A DNA stretch of 64,000 nt, from contig JAEUKI010000001.1 in assembly GCA_016793325.1 (NCBI GenBank), positions 50,625-114,624 of the forward strand. The letters run 5' to 3'. The notes under the pieces were generated by a model. That model was not told the origin of the DNA. It saw only the letters and a list, made by a program, of their open reading frames with translations, and made no database searches. The stretch comes from Myxococcales bacterium (GTDB lineage: Bacteria > Myxococcota_A > Polyangia > Polyangiales > Ga0077539). Below are positions 1 to 8,257 of this stretch, one piece after another. Position numbers and translations under genes: made by a program. Every line of letters begins with the position of its first letter. The first letter of the stretch is position 1.

Positions 1-1
1 G

Positions 2-97
2 CTCTCCCAACGGCAACGAACGCTCGTGCGGCAAGGCGTCTACACGCTGGCCGAGCTGGCGTTCTCGCAGCCGCTCGAGGGCGAGGGCCATGCGTAA
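2..97 (+). CDS. 3' end of a CDS truncated by the window edge (product not determinable; possibly the ATPase partner usually found upstream of DUF4276 genes)
   Basis: The frame is open from base 2 to TAA at 95-97 (LSQRQRTLVRQGVYTLAELAFSQPLEGEGHA*). Its stop overlaps the ATG at 90 by 8 nt (ATGCGTAA), which suggests translational coupling. Only 31 codons are visible, so the product is inference only. Confidence 0.35.
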   Translation, partial: LSQRQRTLVRQGVYTLAELAFSQPLEGEGHA

Positions 98-740
98 GGT
101 GTATCTGATCGTCGAGGGGCAGGGCGACGAACAGGCGTTGCCGAAGCTGCTCAACAAGTTCGTCAAGGCGTTGGGCTTGGAGGACGCGGTGTTCGCGGTC
201 GCCCAGCGGTCGTCGCGCTGCTCCGACGAAGACCTCCGGAAGCAGTGCGCAGACCTGCGTACGCGTCGGCAGATCGCGGGAGCGATGTTCGTGCGCGACT
301 GCGAGGACGGTTGCCCGAAACACGAAGCTCCGCGGATGGCCGCGGTGTTGCGCGCCGAGAAGCTGCCGTTTCCAGTGGCTGTCGTGCTGTTCTATCGGGA
401 GTACGAGACCTTGTTCGTCGCGACGCTCGATGCGCTCGCAGGCAAGCGCTTGGTGGGGCCCCAGGGAAGCGAGCTTCCACCCTTGGACGCGAGCGCGAGC
501 GCGCCGCCAGACCCCGAGCGCAACCGTGACGCGAAGGGGCAGCTCAACAAGTACTTGCCGAAGACACACCCGTACCGCGAAACATCGCATCAGCTCGCGA
601 TGACGCAGGCGCTCGACATCGAGGCGTTGCGCTCCGCTGCGCTCCCTTGCGTGGGCAGCTTGGAGCGGGCGCTCACGTTCGTGCTCACGTCGCCGGTCGC
701 TGGCGTGTATCCGCCGTCGCCGGAGGCGCGCGAGGCGTGA
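90..740 (+). CDS. DUF4276-family protein (Toprim-like fold)
   Basis: 216-aa ORF. The N-terminus MRKVYLIVEGQGDEQALPKLL and the later acidic cluster FVRDCEDG fit my recollection of the DUF4276 / OLD-type Toprim signature (Glu after beta-1, then DxD-like). The start is coupled to the upstream stop. Confidence 0.6.
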   Translation: MRKVYLIVEGQGDEQALPKLLNKFVKALGLEDAVFAVAQRSSRCSDEDLRKQCADLRTRRQIAGAMFVRDCEDGCPKHEAPRMAAVLRAEKLPFPVAVVLFYREYETLFVATLDALAGKRLVGPQGSELPPLDASASAPPDPERNRDAKGQLNKYLPKTHPYRETSHQLAMTQALDIEALRSAALPCVGSLERALTFVLTSPVAGVYPPSPEAREA

Positions 741-761
741 GCGCGCCGCGTAGGCTCGCAG

Positions 762-868
762 CGCGAGACACCCATTTTCAAGAGCGCCCGAAAATGTGTC
801 TGGCGCCCAGCAAATGTGCCGTCGCCGGTCGACTGGCGGCGAAGAGCGCGCCGCCAGGAATGGCGACG
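762..868. repeat. Copy 1 of a ~107-bp structured intergenic repeat (two hairpins)
   Basis: Near-identical to 3954-4060 in direct orientation. The core 'gaaaatgtgtctggcgcccagcaaatgtgccgtcgcc(g/a)gtcgactggcggcgaagagcgcgccgccaggaatggcgacg' has one mismatch. It contains the stem ctggcggcg/cgccgccag nested inside cgtcgcc/ggcgacg, and a second stem agacac..attttc/gaaaat..gtgtct. It ends 5 nt before the stop (874) of the minus-strand gene. Confidence 0.85.
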
Positions 869-873
869 TCGCG

Positions 874-2805
874 CTACGCGTTGGCCGTGAGCACTGTAGA
901 CGAGGCGCTCGGTTCGCACGGCGCTCGTTCGTTCGTTGCGCGAAGGTGCCGCGCGAGATCCGCGCCCACGGCCTCGTAGCGCGCGAGGCCCTTGCACGCC
1001 CGGTCCCAGAGCGCTCGTCGCGCGAGGCCGCTCGCGCGCAATGTCTGTCGCAGCCGGCATCGCGTCGCGTCGATGGGCTCGAGGCGCATCGTGTGCTCGA
1101 GGCGCAAGAGCTCTGCGGCGCCGAAGCGCTGCTCGAACACGAGCTCGAACGGCGCGACCGATTGCAGCACCGGCCGCACGGTCGCGTGCGTGTCGTCCGC
1201 GCGGAGCACGGTGACGTCCCACGTTGATCCCGGGCGCATCTCGCCGCGGACGCTTCGGACGAACTGGCTCCATTGCGGCCAGCGCTCGATCGCTTCGAAC
1301 ACCTTCCACGCGCGATCGATGTTCGCGGGCAGCTCGGTGCACACGTCGAAGCGACGCTCGTCGCGCGACGTCTCGACCCACGGGAGCTGCTTCGCGTGCT
1401 GCGCTCGGCCGGTCGGCCACCGCTCGACCGACGAGTCGATCGCGATCGCCGCGGCCGCGCCCGCTTGAATCGCAGACTCGAGCGACGAGGTCACGTACGG
1501 AGCCATCCCGCCGAGGTTGGTCGCGAGATAGACCGGCGCGCTCGCGCACACGGGTCGCAGCGGCCCGTGCCTCACGAGCTGCGTCGCGCTGGAGGTGCCC
1601 CAGACGTGATGGCCAATGGGCTTCGGCAGCGACGGATCGGCGCGGCGCTCGTCGGCCCAGAGGATCTCTGCGAGCTCGTCGGGCGAGTGGTCGCGCGAGC
1701 GCGTCCCGAGGCGAGGATGTGCGAAGTCCGTATCGAGGCTGATCGACCCCACGACGGCGGTCACCGCGGGAGGACGCAGCCACGGACGATACTGCGGATA
1801 CTCTCGAACGATCGGGTGCCAACCGCGACGAACGTTGTGGCCTCCCAGCGGGAGCGCGCGATCGAACGCGCGATCGAAGTACCACGTGATCCCGAGGTGC
1901 TCGTACACCGAGTCGCGCAGCACGTCTTGCAGGCGCGCCGGCTCGAAGCCGAACCCCTCGGCGATGGACGCGTCGCTGCGCGCGAGGAGCTTCGCGAGCG
2001 CCGGCGGAGGAAGCGCCAAGACGACGCGCTCGACGTCGGCGTGCCCTTCGGTGAGGCCCACGCGAACGCTCGCGCGACCGCGCCCCTGCGCGAGGCTCCG
2101 CGCCGCGGTGCGTAGCCGAATCTCGACTCCGAGCCGCGCGAGCTCTCGCGCCCAGAGCGAGAGGAAGCCCTCGGGCGCGTTCGGGGGCTGGGCGTTCCAG
2201 AAGAGCGTGCTCTCGCGTTGCTGGAACAGGGCGTCGAGGTTCGCTCCGATGCGATAAAAGAGCTCCCACACAGTCATGCGAAGCGTCCCCGCGATGCCGC
2301 CGAGGGCCGTCGCGCGAAGCCAATTGCGGCACGTCTCGCTCAGGGCGTTGCGCTCCAAGAAGGCCTCGACCGAGCACTCGTGCGGCGCGCCAAGACCCGC
2401 TCGATACCGCGCCCACTCCGCGGCGATCACCGCGAGATCCGACGCCGTGCACGCGCGCACGAACGGAACGAGCCAATCCGCCCGCAGGCTGTACTGCGGG
2501 ACGAAGTGCGACTCCCACCGCGTGCCCAACAGTCGAAACAAGTGCGGCGCGGTGCGGTAGGTGCCCTGGTACACCTTGCAAGAGTTTTCGCCGCAGTAGT
2601 AGCCGTCTTCATCGAAGCGCGCGGCCCACAGGCCGCCGAGCTCGCGACCGCTCTCGAAGAGCGTGACGCGATGGCCTGCGCGGGCGAGGAGCAGCGCCGC
2701 GGTCATTCCGCCAGGGCCGCCGCCGATGACGGCGACGCGTCGCGCGTTGGGTGATGTTGATTCTGTGTGTTTCTGCGGAGGACCCGCGTCGCGCCCGTCG
2801 TTCAC
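874..2805 (-). CDS. FAD/NAD(P)-dependent oxidoreductase (amine-oxidase/desaturase-like) fused to a C-terminal SRPBCC/START-like domain
   Basis: The GTG at 2805 overlaps the upstream TGA (GTGA). Rossmann motif VAVIGGGPGGMTAALLLARAGHRVTLFESGRELGG. The last ~150 aa (RFDVCTELPANIDRAWKVFEAIERWPQWSQF...) look like an SRPBCC ligand-binding domain. The Arg-rich extension of the track ORF up to 3198 overlaps the upstream gene and is rejected. Confidence 0.75.
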   Translation of the reverse strand: MNDGRDAGPPQKHTESTSPNARRVAVIGGGPGGMTAALLLARAGHRVTLFESGRELGGLWAARFDEDGYYCGENSCKVYQGTYRTAPHLFRLLGTRWESHFVPQYSLRADWLVPFVRACTASDLAVIAAEWARYRAGLGAPHECSVEAFLERNALSETCRNWLRATALGGIAGTLRMTVWELFYRIGANLDALFQQRESTLFWNAQPPNAPEGFLSLWARELARLGVEIRLRTAARSLAQGRGRASVRVGLTEGHADVERVVLALPPPALAKLLARSDASIAEGFGFEPARLQDVLRDSVYEHLGITWYFDRAFDRALPLGGHNVRRGWHPIVREYPQYRPWLRPPAVTAVVGSISLDTDFAHPRLGTRSRDHSPDELAEILWADERRADPSLPKPIGHHVWGTSSATQLVRHGPLRPVCASAPVYLATNLGGMAPYVTSSLESAIQAGAAAAIAIDSSVERWPTGRAQHAKQLPWVETSRDERRFDVCTELPANIDRAWKVFEAIERWPQWSQFVRSVRGEMRPGSTWDVTVLRADDTHATVRPVLQSVAPFELVFEQRFGAAELLRLEHTMRLEPIDATRCRLRQTLRASGLARRALWDRACKGLARYEAVGADLARHLRATNERAPCEPSASSTVLTANA

Positions 2806-3800
2806 GCGATCCCTCCGCGTCGGGCGCTGCGCGGCGAGCCTGCGGGCCGCGCGACGGGGCGACGGTCGCCGTCGAGGAGCCAGCGCGCGAGGAGCTTTCC
2901 GATCCCGAGCTCGAAGAGCCCGGCGAGCGTCGCGCACAGCGCCGTCGTGCTCGCGAGCAGCAGCGCGGGGTGCCTCGCGAGAAACGTGCGTGCGCGCTGC
3001 GCGGGCGCCTCGGGCAGCGCAAACGGACGCCGCAGACCCGGCGCCTGCACGCTCGCGACCGTGCGCCACCGCGGGTGCGCGAGCAGCGCTGCGCAAAGAT
3101 CGTACGGCGGAACCTGACACGGCACGCCCTCGATCGCGCGCGCTTCGCCAGCGTTTCGCGCGGCGAGGTGCAAGATCGTGCTCACGAGGCCGCTGCACGT
3201 GATCAGCGCGTCGGTGCTGTCGAAGCAGCTGCGGTCGCCTTCGATCGCGCGCTCGAGTCCCCGCAAGAGCGCGTCATCGTCGCGCCCCGGTGCCACGGCG
3301 ATCTGCAACATCTGCCACAACAACCGAGCGGCGCCGTAGACCTTCTCGCTGCCCGCGTGGCGCGAGACGGCGCGCGCGATGGCTCCTGCGTGCGCGGCGA
3401 CGGCGCGGTCTCGACAGCGGAGCACCGTGGTCATTCGCTGGTGCTTCGCGAGGTACTCGACCGCATTGTCGGCCTCGAGGACGAAGCTGTCCCAACCCGG
3501 CCCCGAAGCGTGCAGAAGAACGCCGTCGCCCGCGTAGATCGCCGCGTGGCAAGCCCACGCCGGCCCGAGTCCCGACAAGAGTTCGGGCCGCACGGCGCGG
3601 GACCACACGTTGAGGCACGCGACGAGGTCCGAGCATCGGGCTGCGCCACGGTCGTTGTCGCCGTAGACGCCGAAGACGAGAACGTCTCCAGGCTGGAGGG
3701 GGCTTGTGCCGACGAGGGGGGTCTCGAGAGCGCTCCGCTGCGAGGGTGTCGGTGCAGCGGGGGCGTTGTTCAGCGCGGTCATCGAAGAGCGCTCGAGCAA
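2802..3800 (-). CDS. Hypothetical membrane-anchored protein, possibly NlpC/P60- or YiiX-type papain fold
   Basis: 332-aa ORF with ordinary composition. C-terminal hydrophobic helix (ALLLASTTALCATLAGLFELGIGKLLA). The segment LQPGDVLVFG...CHAAIYAGDGVLLHASG resembles papain-fold amidases at motif level only. An alternative start is M7 at 3782. Confidence 0.55.
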   Translation of the reverse strand: MLERSSMTALNNAPAAPTPSQRSALETPLVGTSPLQPGDVLVFGVYGDNDRGAARCSDLVACLNVWSRAVRPELLSGLGPAWACHAAIYAGDGVLLHASGPGWDSFVLEADNAVEYLAKHQRMTTVLRCRDRAVAAHAGAIARAVSRHAGSEKVYGAARLLWQMLQIAVAPGRDDDALLRGLERAIEGDRSCFDSTDALITCSGLVSTILHLAARNAGEARAIEGVPCQVPPYDLCAALLAHPRWRTVASVQAPGLRRPFALPEAPAQRARTFLARHPALLLASTTALCATLAGLFELGIGKLLARWLLDGDRRPVARPAGSPRSARRGGIA

Positions 3801-3953
3801 CGCGCGCGCCAGACTCGAGCACGAGCCAAAAACCGAGGATATTCAGCGTCGAACGCGCCTGGCCGCGCGTCGGACGAAGGGGGCGATGTCCAATCCGCGT
3901 ATCGGCCGAACGTTCAATTGGACAACGCGCGTGCCGCGGCGCGCAGGGCGGAG

Positions 3954-4060
3954 CGTGAGGCACACGTTTTCGAGAGCGCGCGAAAATGTGTCTGGCGCCC
4001 AGCAAATGTGCCGTCGCCAGTCGACTGGCGGCGAAGAGCGCGCCGCCAGGAATGGCGACG
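3954..4060. repeat. Copy 2 of the ~107-bp structured intergenic repeat
   Basis: Direct repeat of 762-868. It ends 11 nt before the stop (4072) of the minus-strand ParB-like gene, the same position relative to a gene 3' end as copy 1. Confidence 0.85.
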
Positions 4061-4071
4061 AGGCTTCCCCC

Positions 4072-5088
4072 TCAGCTCGCCGCCGCCCAGAGCTCGCCCT
4101 CGCTCGTATCGTCGAGCCACCGTCGCAGCCGCGTCGCGCCCGCGATCACCTCGCGGAGCTTCGAGGCGCCCTCGGCCGACGAGCCCTCTTCTTCGGTCGG
4201 CCACAGCGACTCGGCCTTTTCGAGCGCCGTGATCGCGGCGGACACGGCGTCGACGATCGCGTGCTTCTGTCTCTCGCGGCGCAGCGCTACGTCGGGGCCC
4301 GCCCACGCGTCGAAGCCTCCTTCGGCCGCTTCGTGCTCGCCGCTCGGGTGCTCGTCGCCGTCGATCGTGGTCATCGCCTCGTAGGCGTCTTTGACCTTGG
4401 GCTCTTTCTTGGCCTTCTTTCGAACGGACTTCGCTTCGCCGTTCTTCACGGCCGCCGCGGCCTCGAGCGCCTCGGGCTCTTCCATCTTGGTGAGCGCGAG
4501 CAGCTCCTTCTTGTTGTGGCTGATCGGCGTCGAGCGGATCGTGTCGCGCACCTCTACGGGCATCTCGCCGATCTTGAGCTCTTCTTTGATGGCCCGCTTC
4601 GCGCGGCCGGTGAGCCGCGCGGTGTCGTCGACGAACGCCGTGAGCTCGGGCTCGCGGGGCTTCTCGGCGCGCTTGGACTTCTTCTTTCCGTCGCCGCTGT
4701 CGGCGGGGGCGGACTTCGCGACGCGCTCGGCTTCGATCTCGCACCAGATGCGCTTTCGCTTGGCGATGTGCTCGGCGCGCTCGAGCGCAGAGAGCTCTCG
4801 GCGACACAGGTTTTCATCGATCTCGGCGAGCTCGGCCTGCGGTCGATCGAGGGCCTCGATCATCGCGGGGATCTCGGTCCAGCCGAGCTGCTTGCACGCC
4901 TCGAGGCGATGCAAGCCGCACACGAGGGTCATCGAGCGATCGAGCAAGATGGGCTGAAGCAGACCGCCCATCGAGATCGACTCGCGGAGCGCGTCGACGT
5001 CACCGAGCGAACGAAGCCTCGGCGCGGGAATCCGAATCGACGCGATCGGAACAGACTGCACATCGGGCAAAGCGTTGAGCGAGGTCAC
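4072..5088 (-). CDS. ParB/Srx N-terminal-domain protein with a long charged C-terminal region
   Basis: GTG at 5088 (VTSLNALPDVQSVPIASIRIP...). ParB-N signature: LLQPILLDRSMTLVCGLHRLEACKQLGWTEIPAMI. A Lys/Glu-rich low-complexity tail follows. The track ORF extension to 5472 is Arg-rich and rejected. Confidence 0.75.
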   Translation of the reverse strand: MTSLNALPDVQSVPIASIRIPAPRLRSLGDVDALRESISMGGLLQPILLDRSMTLVCGLHRLEACKQLGWTEIPAMIEALDRPQAELAEIDENLCRRELSALERAEHIAKRKRIWCEIEAERVAKSAPADSGDGKKKSKRAEKPREPELTAFVDDTARLTGRAKRAIKEELKIGEMPVEVRDTIRSTPISHNKKELLALTKMEEPEALEAAAAVKNGEAKSVRKKAKKEPKVKDAYEAMTTIDGDEHPSGEHEAAEGGFDAWAGPDVALRRERQKHAIVDAVSAAITALEKAESLWPTEEEGSSAEGASKLREVIAGATRLRRWLDDTSEGELWAAAS

Positions 5089-5147
5089 GGCCCGAGTGTG
5101 CGAGCACTCCCGCGCGCGACGCGAATTTGCCGCACATTTGCGCGCGA

Positions 5148-5762
5148 TTACCGGCCGAAGTACTCGCCGTACCAGGGGATCTCGCGCACGTCGATCGCGT
5201 CCTCGGGCACGACGTAGCTCGGGTCGAGCATCGCGATGACCTTGCCGAGCGTCCGGCGGTCGCGCTCGGCGATGACCGTGAAGCCCTCGCGCGCGAGCAT
5301 CGCGGCGCTCACGCCCGCGCCCCGCTGATAGCGCTTCTCTTCGGGGCGTCCGAGGTAGACGAACGTCGTTCCGCACGAGTCGCTCACTTCGAGGGTGACG
5401 CAGAGCTCGACCCGCTCGCGCGCAGCGAGGTCGCACATCGCGCGCGCTCCCTGGACGAGCGCGTCGGTGCAATCTCGCTCGGTGGTGTCCATCACGCGCG
5501 CTTTGCCGTCGAGCACCGCGAAGCCATCACCGTCGTGCAGCGTCGTGAGCGGACGCGGCGTCCCGAGGCCGACGTGCTCGGGGCAAAACGACACGGCGCG
5601 GACGTTTGGAAGACGAACGAGGCGAAGCACGAGGTCGTCGGCGTAGTCCGTTCCCTCCCAGCCCGTGGGCTTTCCAACGAGGCAAGCGCTCGTGAGGACG
5701 CGCAGCGGGTCTTCGGGCGTCGCGCGGCGGACGCGCTCCCAATCGATCGTTCCGTGCAGCAT
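5148..5762 (-). CDS. DUF523-family protein (YbbK / 2-thiouracil desulfurase-like)
   Basis: Start at the ATG giving MLHGTIDWERV.... The motifs LTSACLVGKPTGWEGTDY and SFCPEHVGLGTPRP match my memory of DUF523 (SaCLlG..vRydG ... CPEv.gGl..PR). The longer track ORF would overlap the divergent gene at 5872. Confidence 0.7.
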   Translation of the reverse strand: MLHGTIDWERVRRATPEDPLRVLTSACLVGKPTGWEGTDYADDLVLRLVRLPNVRAVSFCPEHVGLGTPRPLTTLHDGDGFAVLDGKARVMDTTERDCTDALVQGARAMCDLAARERVELCVTLEVSDSCGTTFVYLGRPEEKRYQRGAGVSAAMLAREGFTVIAERDRRTLGKVIAMLDPSYVVPEDAIDVREIPWYGEYFGR

Positions 5763-5871
5763 GTGGGAGACATGAGGGGCGATCGAATCGATCGTCAATG
5801 GCTCGTACACAGAAGCACGTGCGTGCAAACACGGATCGCGCGCGAGCGCGGCGACGTTCGACAATCGTCGA

Positions 5872-8040
5872 ATGACGGCGAACACGTTGGCGTTGCTTCG
5901 AACCTGGTTGGGGGTCTGGGCGCTCGCGGCCCTCGCGTCTGCGTGCAGCGACGGCTCGCAGACCTCTTGTACGCAAAACGCCGACTGCCCTATCGGCGCG
6001 CAGTGCGTTGAATCTGTGTGCCGAGTCGCTCCGCGCGACGCCGCGGCGGACATGGGCTCGGTCGACGCCGGGAGCGCGATGGACGTCCCGCGACCGATGG
6101 ACACGCGCGCGCCGCGCACGCTCGCGGGCGTGTCGATCGAGCCGATGATGGCGCAGATCGTCGTGCGGCCGGGCGAGCGAGGGACGCAGCGGTTCACGGC
6201 GACGGCGCGCTACGACGACGGCTCGACGAGCCCCGCGCCCGCGCCCGAATGGAGCCTCTCGAGCCGCGCGCTCGGCGACATCGGCGTGGCGACGGGACTC
6301 TTCGAGGCCAACGGATTCACCGGCGGAACGGTGCAAGTCACGGTGCGCATCCCCGACGGCGCGGGCTCGACGATCAGCGCGACGGCGACGCTGCGCGTTC
6401 GACTCGAGAGCGAGTCGTTTGCGATGGGCGTCGCGCCCGACGCGCGCTCGAACTTCGCGGACCTCGAGGCCGTCACGCCCAGCGTCTCGGCGTCGATCGT
6501 GTATCCGCTCGACCGCGCGGTGATGCCGCAAAACGTCTATCCCGCGAACGTTCAGTGGCTCGAAGGCGCGGCGGGAGACCTCTATCGCGTGGAGCTGCGC
6601 AAGCCGAACTTCACGGCGCGGTTCTATCTTCGACACACGGGGGCGGGGTTTACGAACAGCTTCTTGCCCGACGTCGCGACGTGGCAAGCGTTCGCGCAGA
6701 GCGACGTCGCGGACGCAGGCGAGATCACGGTCGCGCGATGGGTGGCTGCGATGGGGCGCGGCTATGCGAGCGCGCCTGTGCGCGTGAAATTCGCGCCAGG
6801 AGCGCTCACGGGGAGCGTCTACTACTGGACGGTCTCGAGCGCGCGCATCGTCCGCATCGACGACGGAACCGCGACGCGCGTGAACTTCATGCCCAACCCG
6901 CCGTGGCCTCGCAACCGCGACCAGAACTGCATCGGCTGCCACACGGTCTCGCCGAGCGGGCGCTACATGGCTGGTCGATTGGGCGGCGGATTCAACACGG
7001 GCACGGTGTTCGACCTCACGACGGACCTCACGGGAAACCCGCCTCCGAGCCGGTTCAATCCGACGCAGACGGACTGGTGGTTCAACTGGTGGAGCCCGGA
7101 CGAGACGCGGTTGATCGCGTCGCGCGGCCCCAATCCGACGGGGCTCGGGCTGCTCGATCCTGTCACAGGAAATCAAGTTCCCACGATGGGCACGCCCTTG
7201 CCGGCGAACAACGCGACGCACCCGTCGTGGTCGCCCGACGGGCGCGAGATCGCGTACGTCTCGGGCGCTTCTGATTGGGGCGTCGACTATCGCAACGGGG
7301 ATCTCTCGGTGATCCCTGTGACCGCGCGCGACACGTTTGGTCCTTCGCGCACCGTGCACCGCGGCGCGATGTTGCCCGGCGCGAACCCAGCGCACGCGGC
7401 GATCAGCTATCCCGTGTGGTCTCCCGACTCGCAGTGGATCGTGTTCGCGCACGGGTTCAGCGCGCGCTCGAGCGCGCAGCCCGCGGCGCTGTACGTCACG
7501 CGTCGCGACGGCGCCGAGCTGCTTCGACTCGACAACGCCAACGGAGGCGCGAGCGGACAGAGCTCGTTCGAGCCGCGGTTCAGCCCGTTCGACTCGGGTG
7601 GGTATTTCTGGCTCGCGTTCTTGTCGCGTCGCGACTACGGAAACACGCTCGCGGGCACGCGCGGAACGAACCGCGAGCAAATCTGGGTCACCGCGATTCG
7701 CCGCACGCCCGCTGGCCCCGATGGGATGCGCGACCCGGATCCTCGCTACGGCGGTGACCCTTCTGAAGTGGGCTATTGGCTCCCGGGGCAGGACCCGCAG
7801 TCGCGAAACATCTCTGCGTTTTGGGCGCCGCGTCCGTGCAGGCCCAACGGCGAGCGGTGCTCGGTCGCCAGCGAGTGCTGCAGCAACGACTGCCGTCCGC
7901 CGAGCGGCGGTGGGCCGGCGGTGTGCTCTCCGCCGCCGCGCACCGAGTGCAGGATGGAAGGGCAGACGTGCTCGGTCGACGCGGATTGTTGCGACGGGCT
8001 GACGTGCTTCAACCGGTCGTGCTTGCGCGGACCGGGCTGA
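5872..8040 (+). CDS. Lipoprotein with a TolB-like (PD40/WD40-like) beta-propeller, Ig-like region and Cys-rich termini
   Basis: Signal peptide and lipobox LAALASAC. PD40-type repeats HPSWSPDGREIAYVSG and YPVWSPDSQWIVFAHG. Cys-rich N-terminal segment (CTQNADCPIGAQCVESVC) and C-terminal segment (CSVASECCSNDC...CSVDADCCDGLTCFNRSC). Confidence 0.8.
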   Translation: MTANTLALLRTWLGVWALAALASACSDGSQTSCTQNADCPIGAQCVESVCRVAPRDAAADMGSVDAGSAMDVPRPMDTRAPRTLAGVSIEPMMAQIVVRPGERGTQRFTATARYDDGSTSPAPAPEWSLSSRALGDIGVATGLFEANGFTGGTVQVTVRIPDGAGSTISATATLRVRLESESFAMGVAPDARSNFADLEAVTPSVSASIVYPLDRAVMPQNVYPANVQWLEGAAGDLYRVELRKPNFTARFYLRHTGAGFTNSFLPDVATWQAFAQSDVADAGEITVARWVAAMGRGYASAPVRVKFAPGALTGSVYYWTVSSARIVRIDDGTATRVNFMPNPPWPRNRDQNCIGCHTVSPSGRYMAGRLGGGFNTGTVFDLTTDLTGNPPPSRFNPTQTDWWFNWWSPDETRLIASRGPNPTGLGLLDPVTGNQVPTMGTPLPANNATHPSWSPDGREIAYVSGASDWGVDYRNGDLSVIPVTARDTFGPSRTVHRGAMLPGANPAHAAISYPVWSPDSQWIVFAHGFSARSSAQPAALYVTRRDGAELLRLDNANGGASGQSSFEPRFSPFDSGGYFWLAFLSRRDYGNTLAGTRGTNREQIWVTAIRRTPAGPDGMRDPDPRYGGDPSEVGYWLPGQDPQSRNISAFWAPRPCRPNGERCSVASECCSNDCRPPSGGGPAVCSPPPRTECRMEGQTCSVDADCCDGLTCFNRSCLRGPG

Positions 8041-8257
8041 GCGACGAGCGCGAGGCGAATGGGGCGGAGGGTGGGGGGGCTTATGACAGACACCCTCTGA
8101 GTCCAATATGCAATCGAGGCAGTGGGGATGCGGCGGATTGCAAATGTGAGGATCAGAGCACCGTCCCCATGTGAGCTGCTACCGTCCCCGGTCCTTCGGC
8201 ACCATACAGGGCGCCCCACAGTGACAGATCGTTGAAGAGCGAAGGAGTGCAGTACCT

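Noticed and set aside
590-2581. 663-aa minus-strand ORF in the track. Similar giants occur at 5527-8106, 9774-12179, 30679-33510, 44502-47204, 48282-52133, 54472-57642, 60259-63513 (N-terminal part), 60918-63449 and 60949-63576.
   Set aside because: They are Arg/Ala/Pro/Gly-rich, have no recognisable motifs, and lie antisense to or out of frame with genes that carry clear family signatures. Long stop-free mirror frames are expected at ~70% GC.
2806-3198. N-terminal 131-codon extension of the oxidoreductase ORF (track start 3198).
   Set aside because: The extension is Arg-rich and fully overlaps the upstream papain-like gene. A GTG at 2805 gives a GTGA-coupled start just before the Rossmann motif.
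762-4060. The idea that the 107-bp repeats are integron attC sites delimiting a gene cassette.
   Set aside because: No intI integrase or attI is visible in the window. I could not find the R''/R' core sites (RYYYAAC / GTTRRRY) in the repeats. The bracketed unit holds two genes with their own coupling. Kept only as a generic 'structured 3' repeat'.
8041-8257. A possible riboswitch or operator upstream of cysK (7-bp inverted repeat tgcaatc/gattgca, direct 'accgtcccc' x2).
   Set aside because: The stems are short and I could match no known riboswitch consensus by eye. It is indistinguishable from chance structure.
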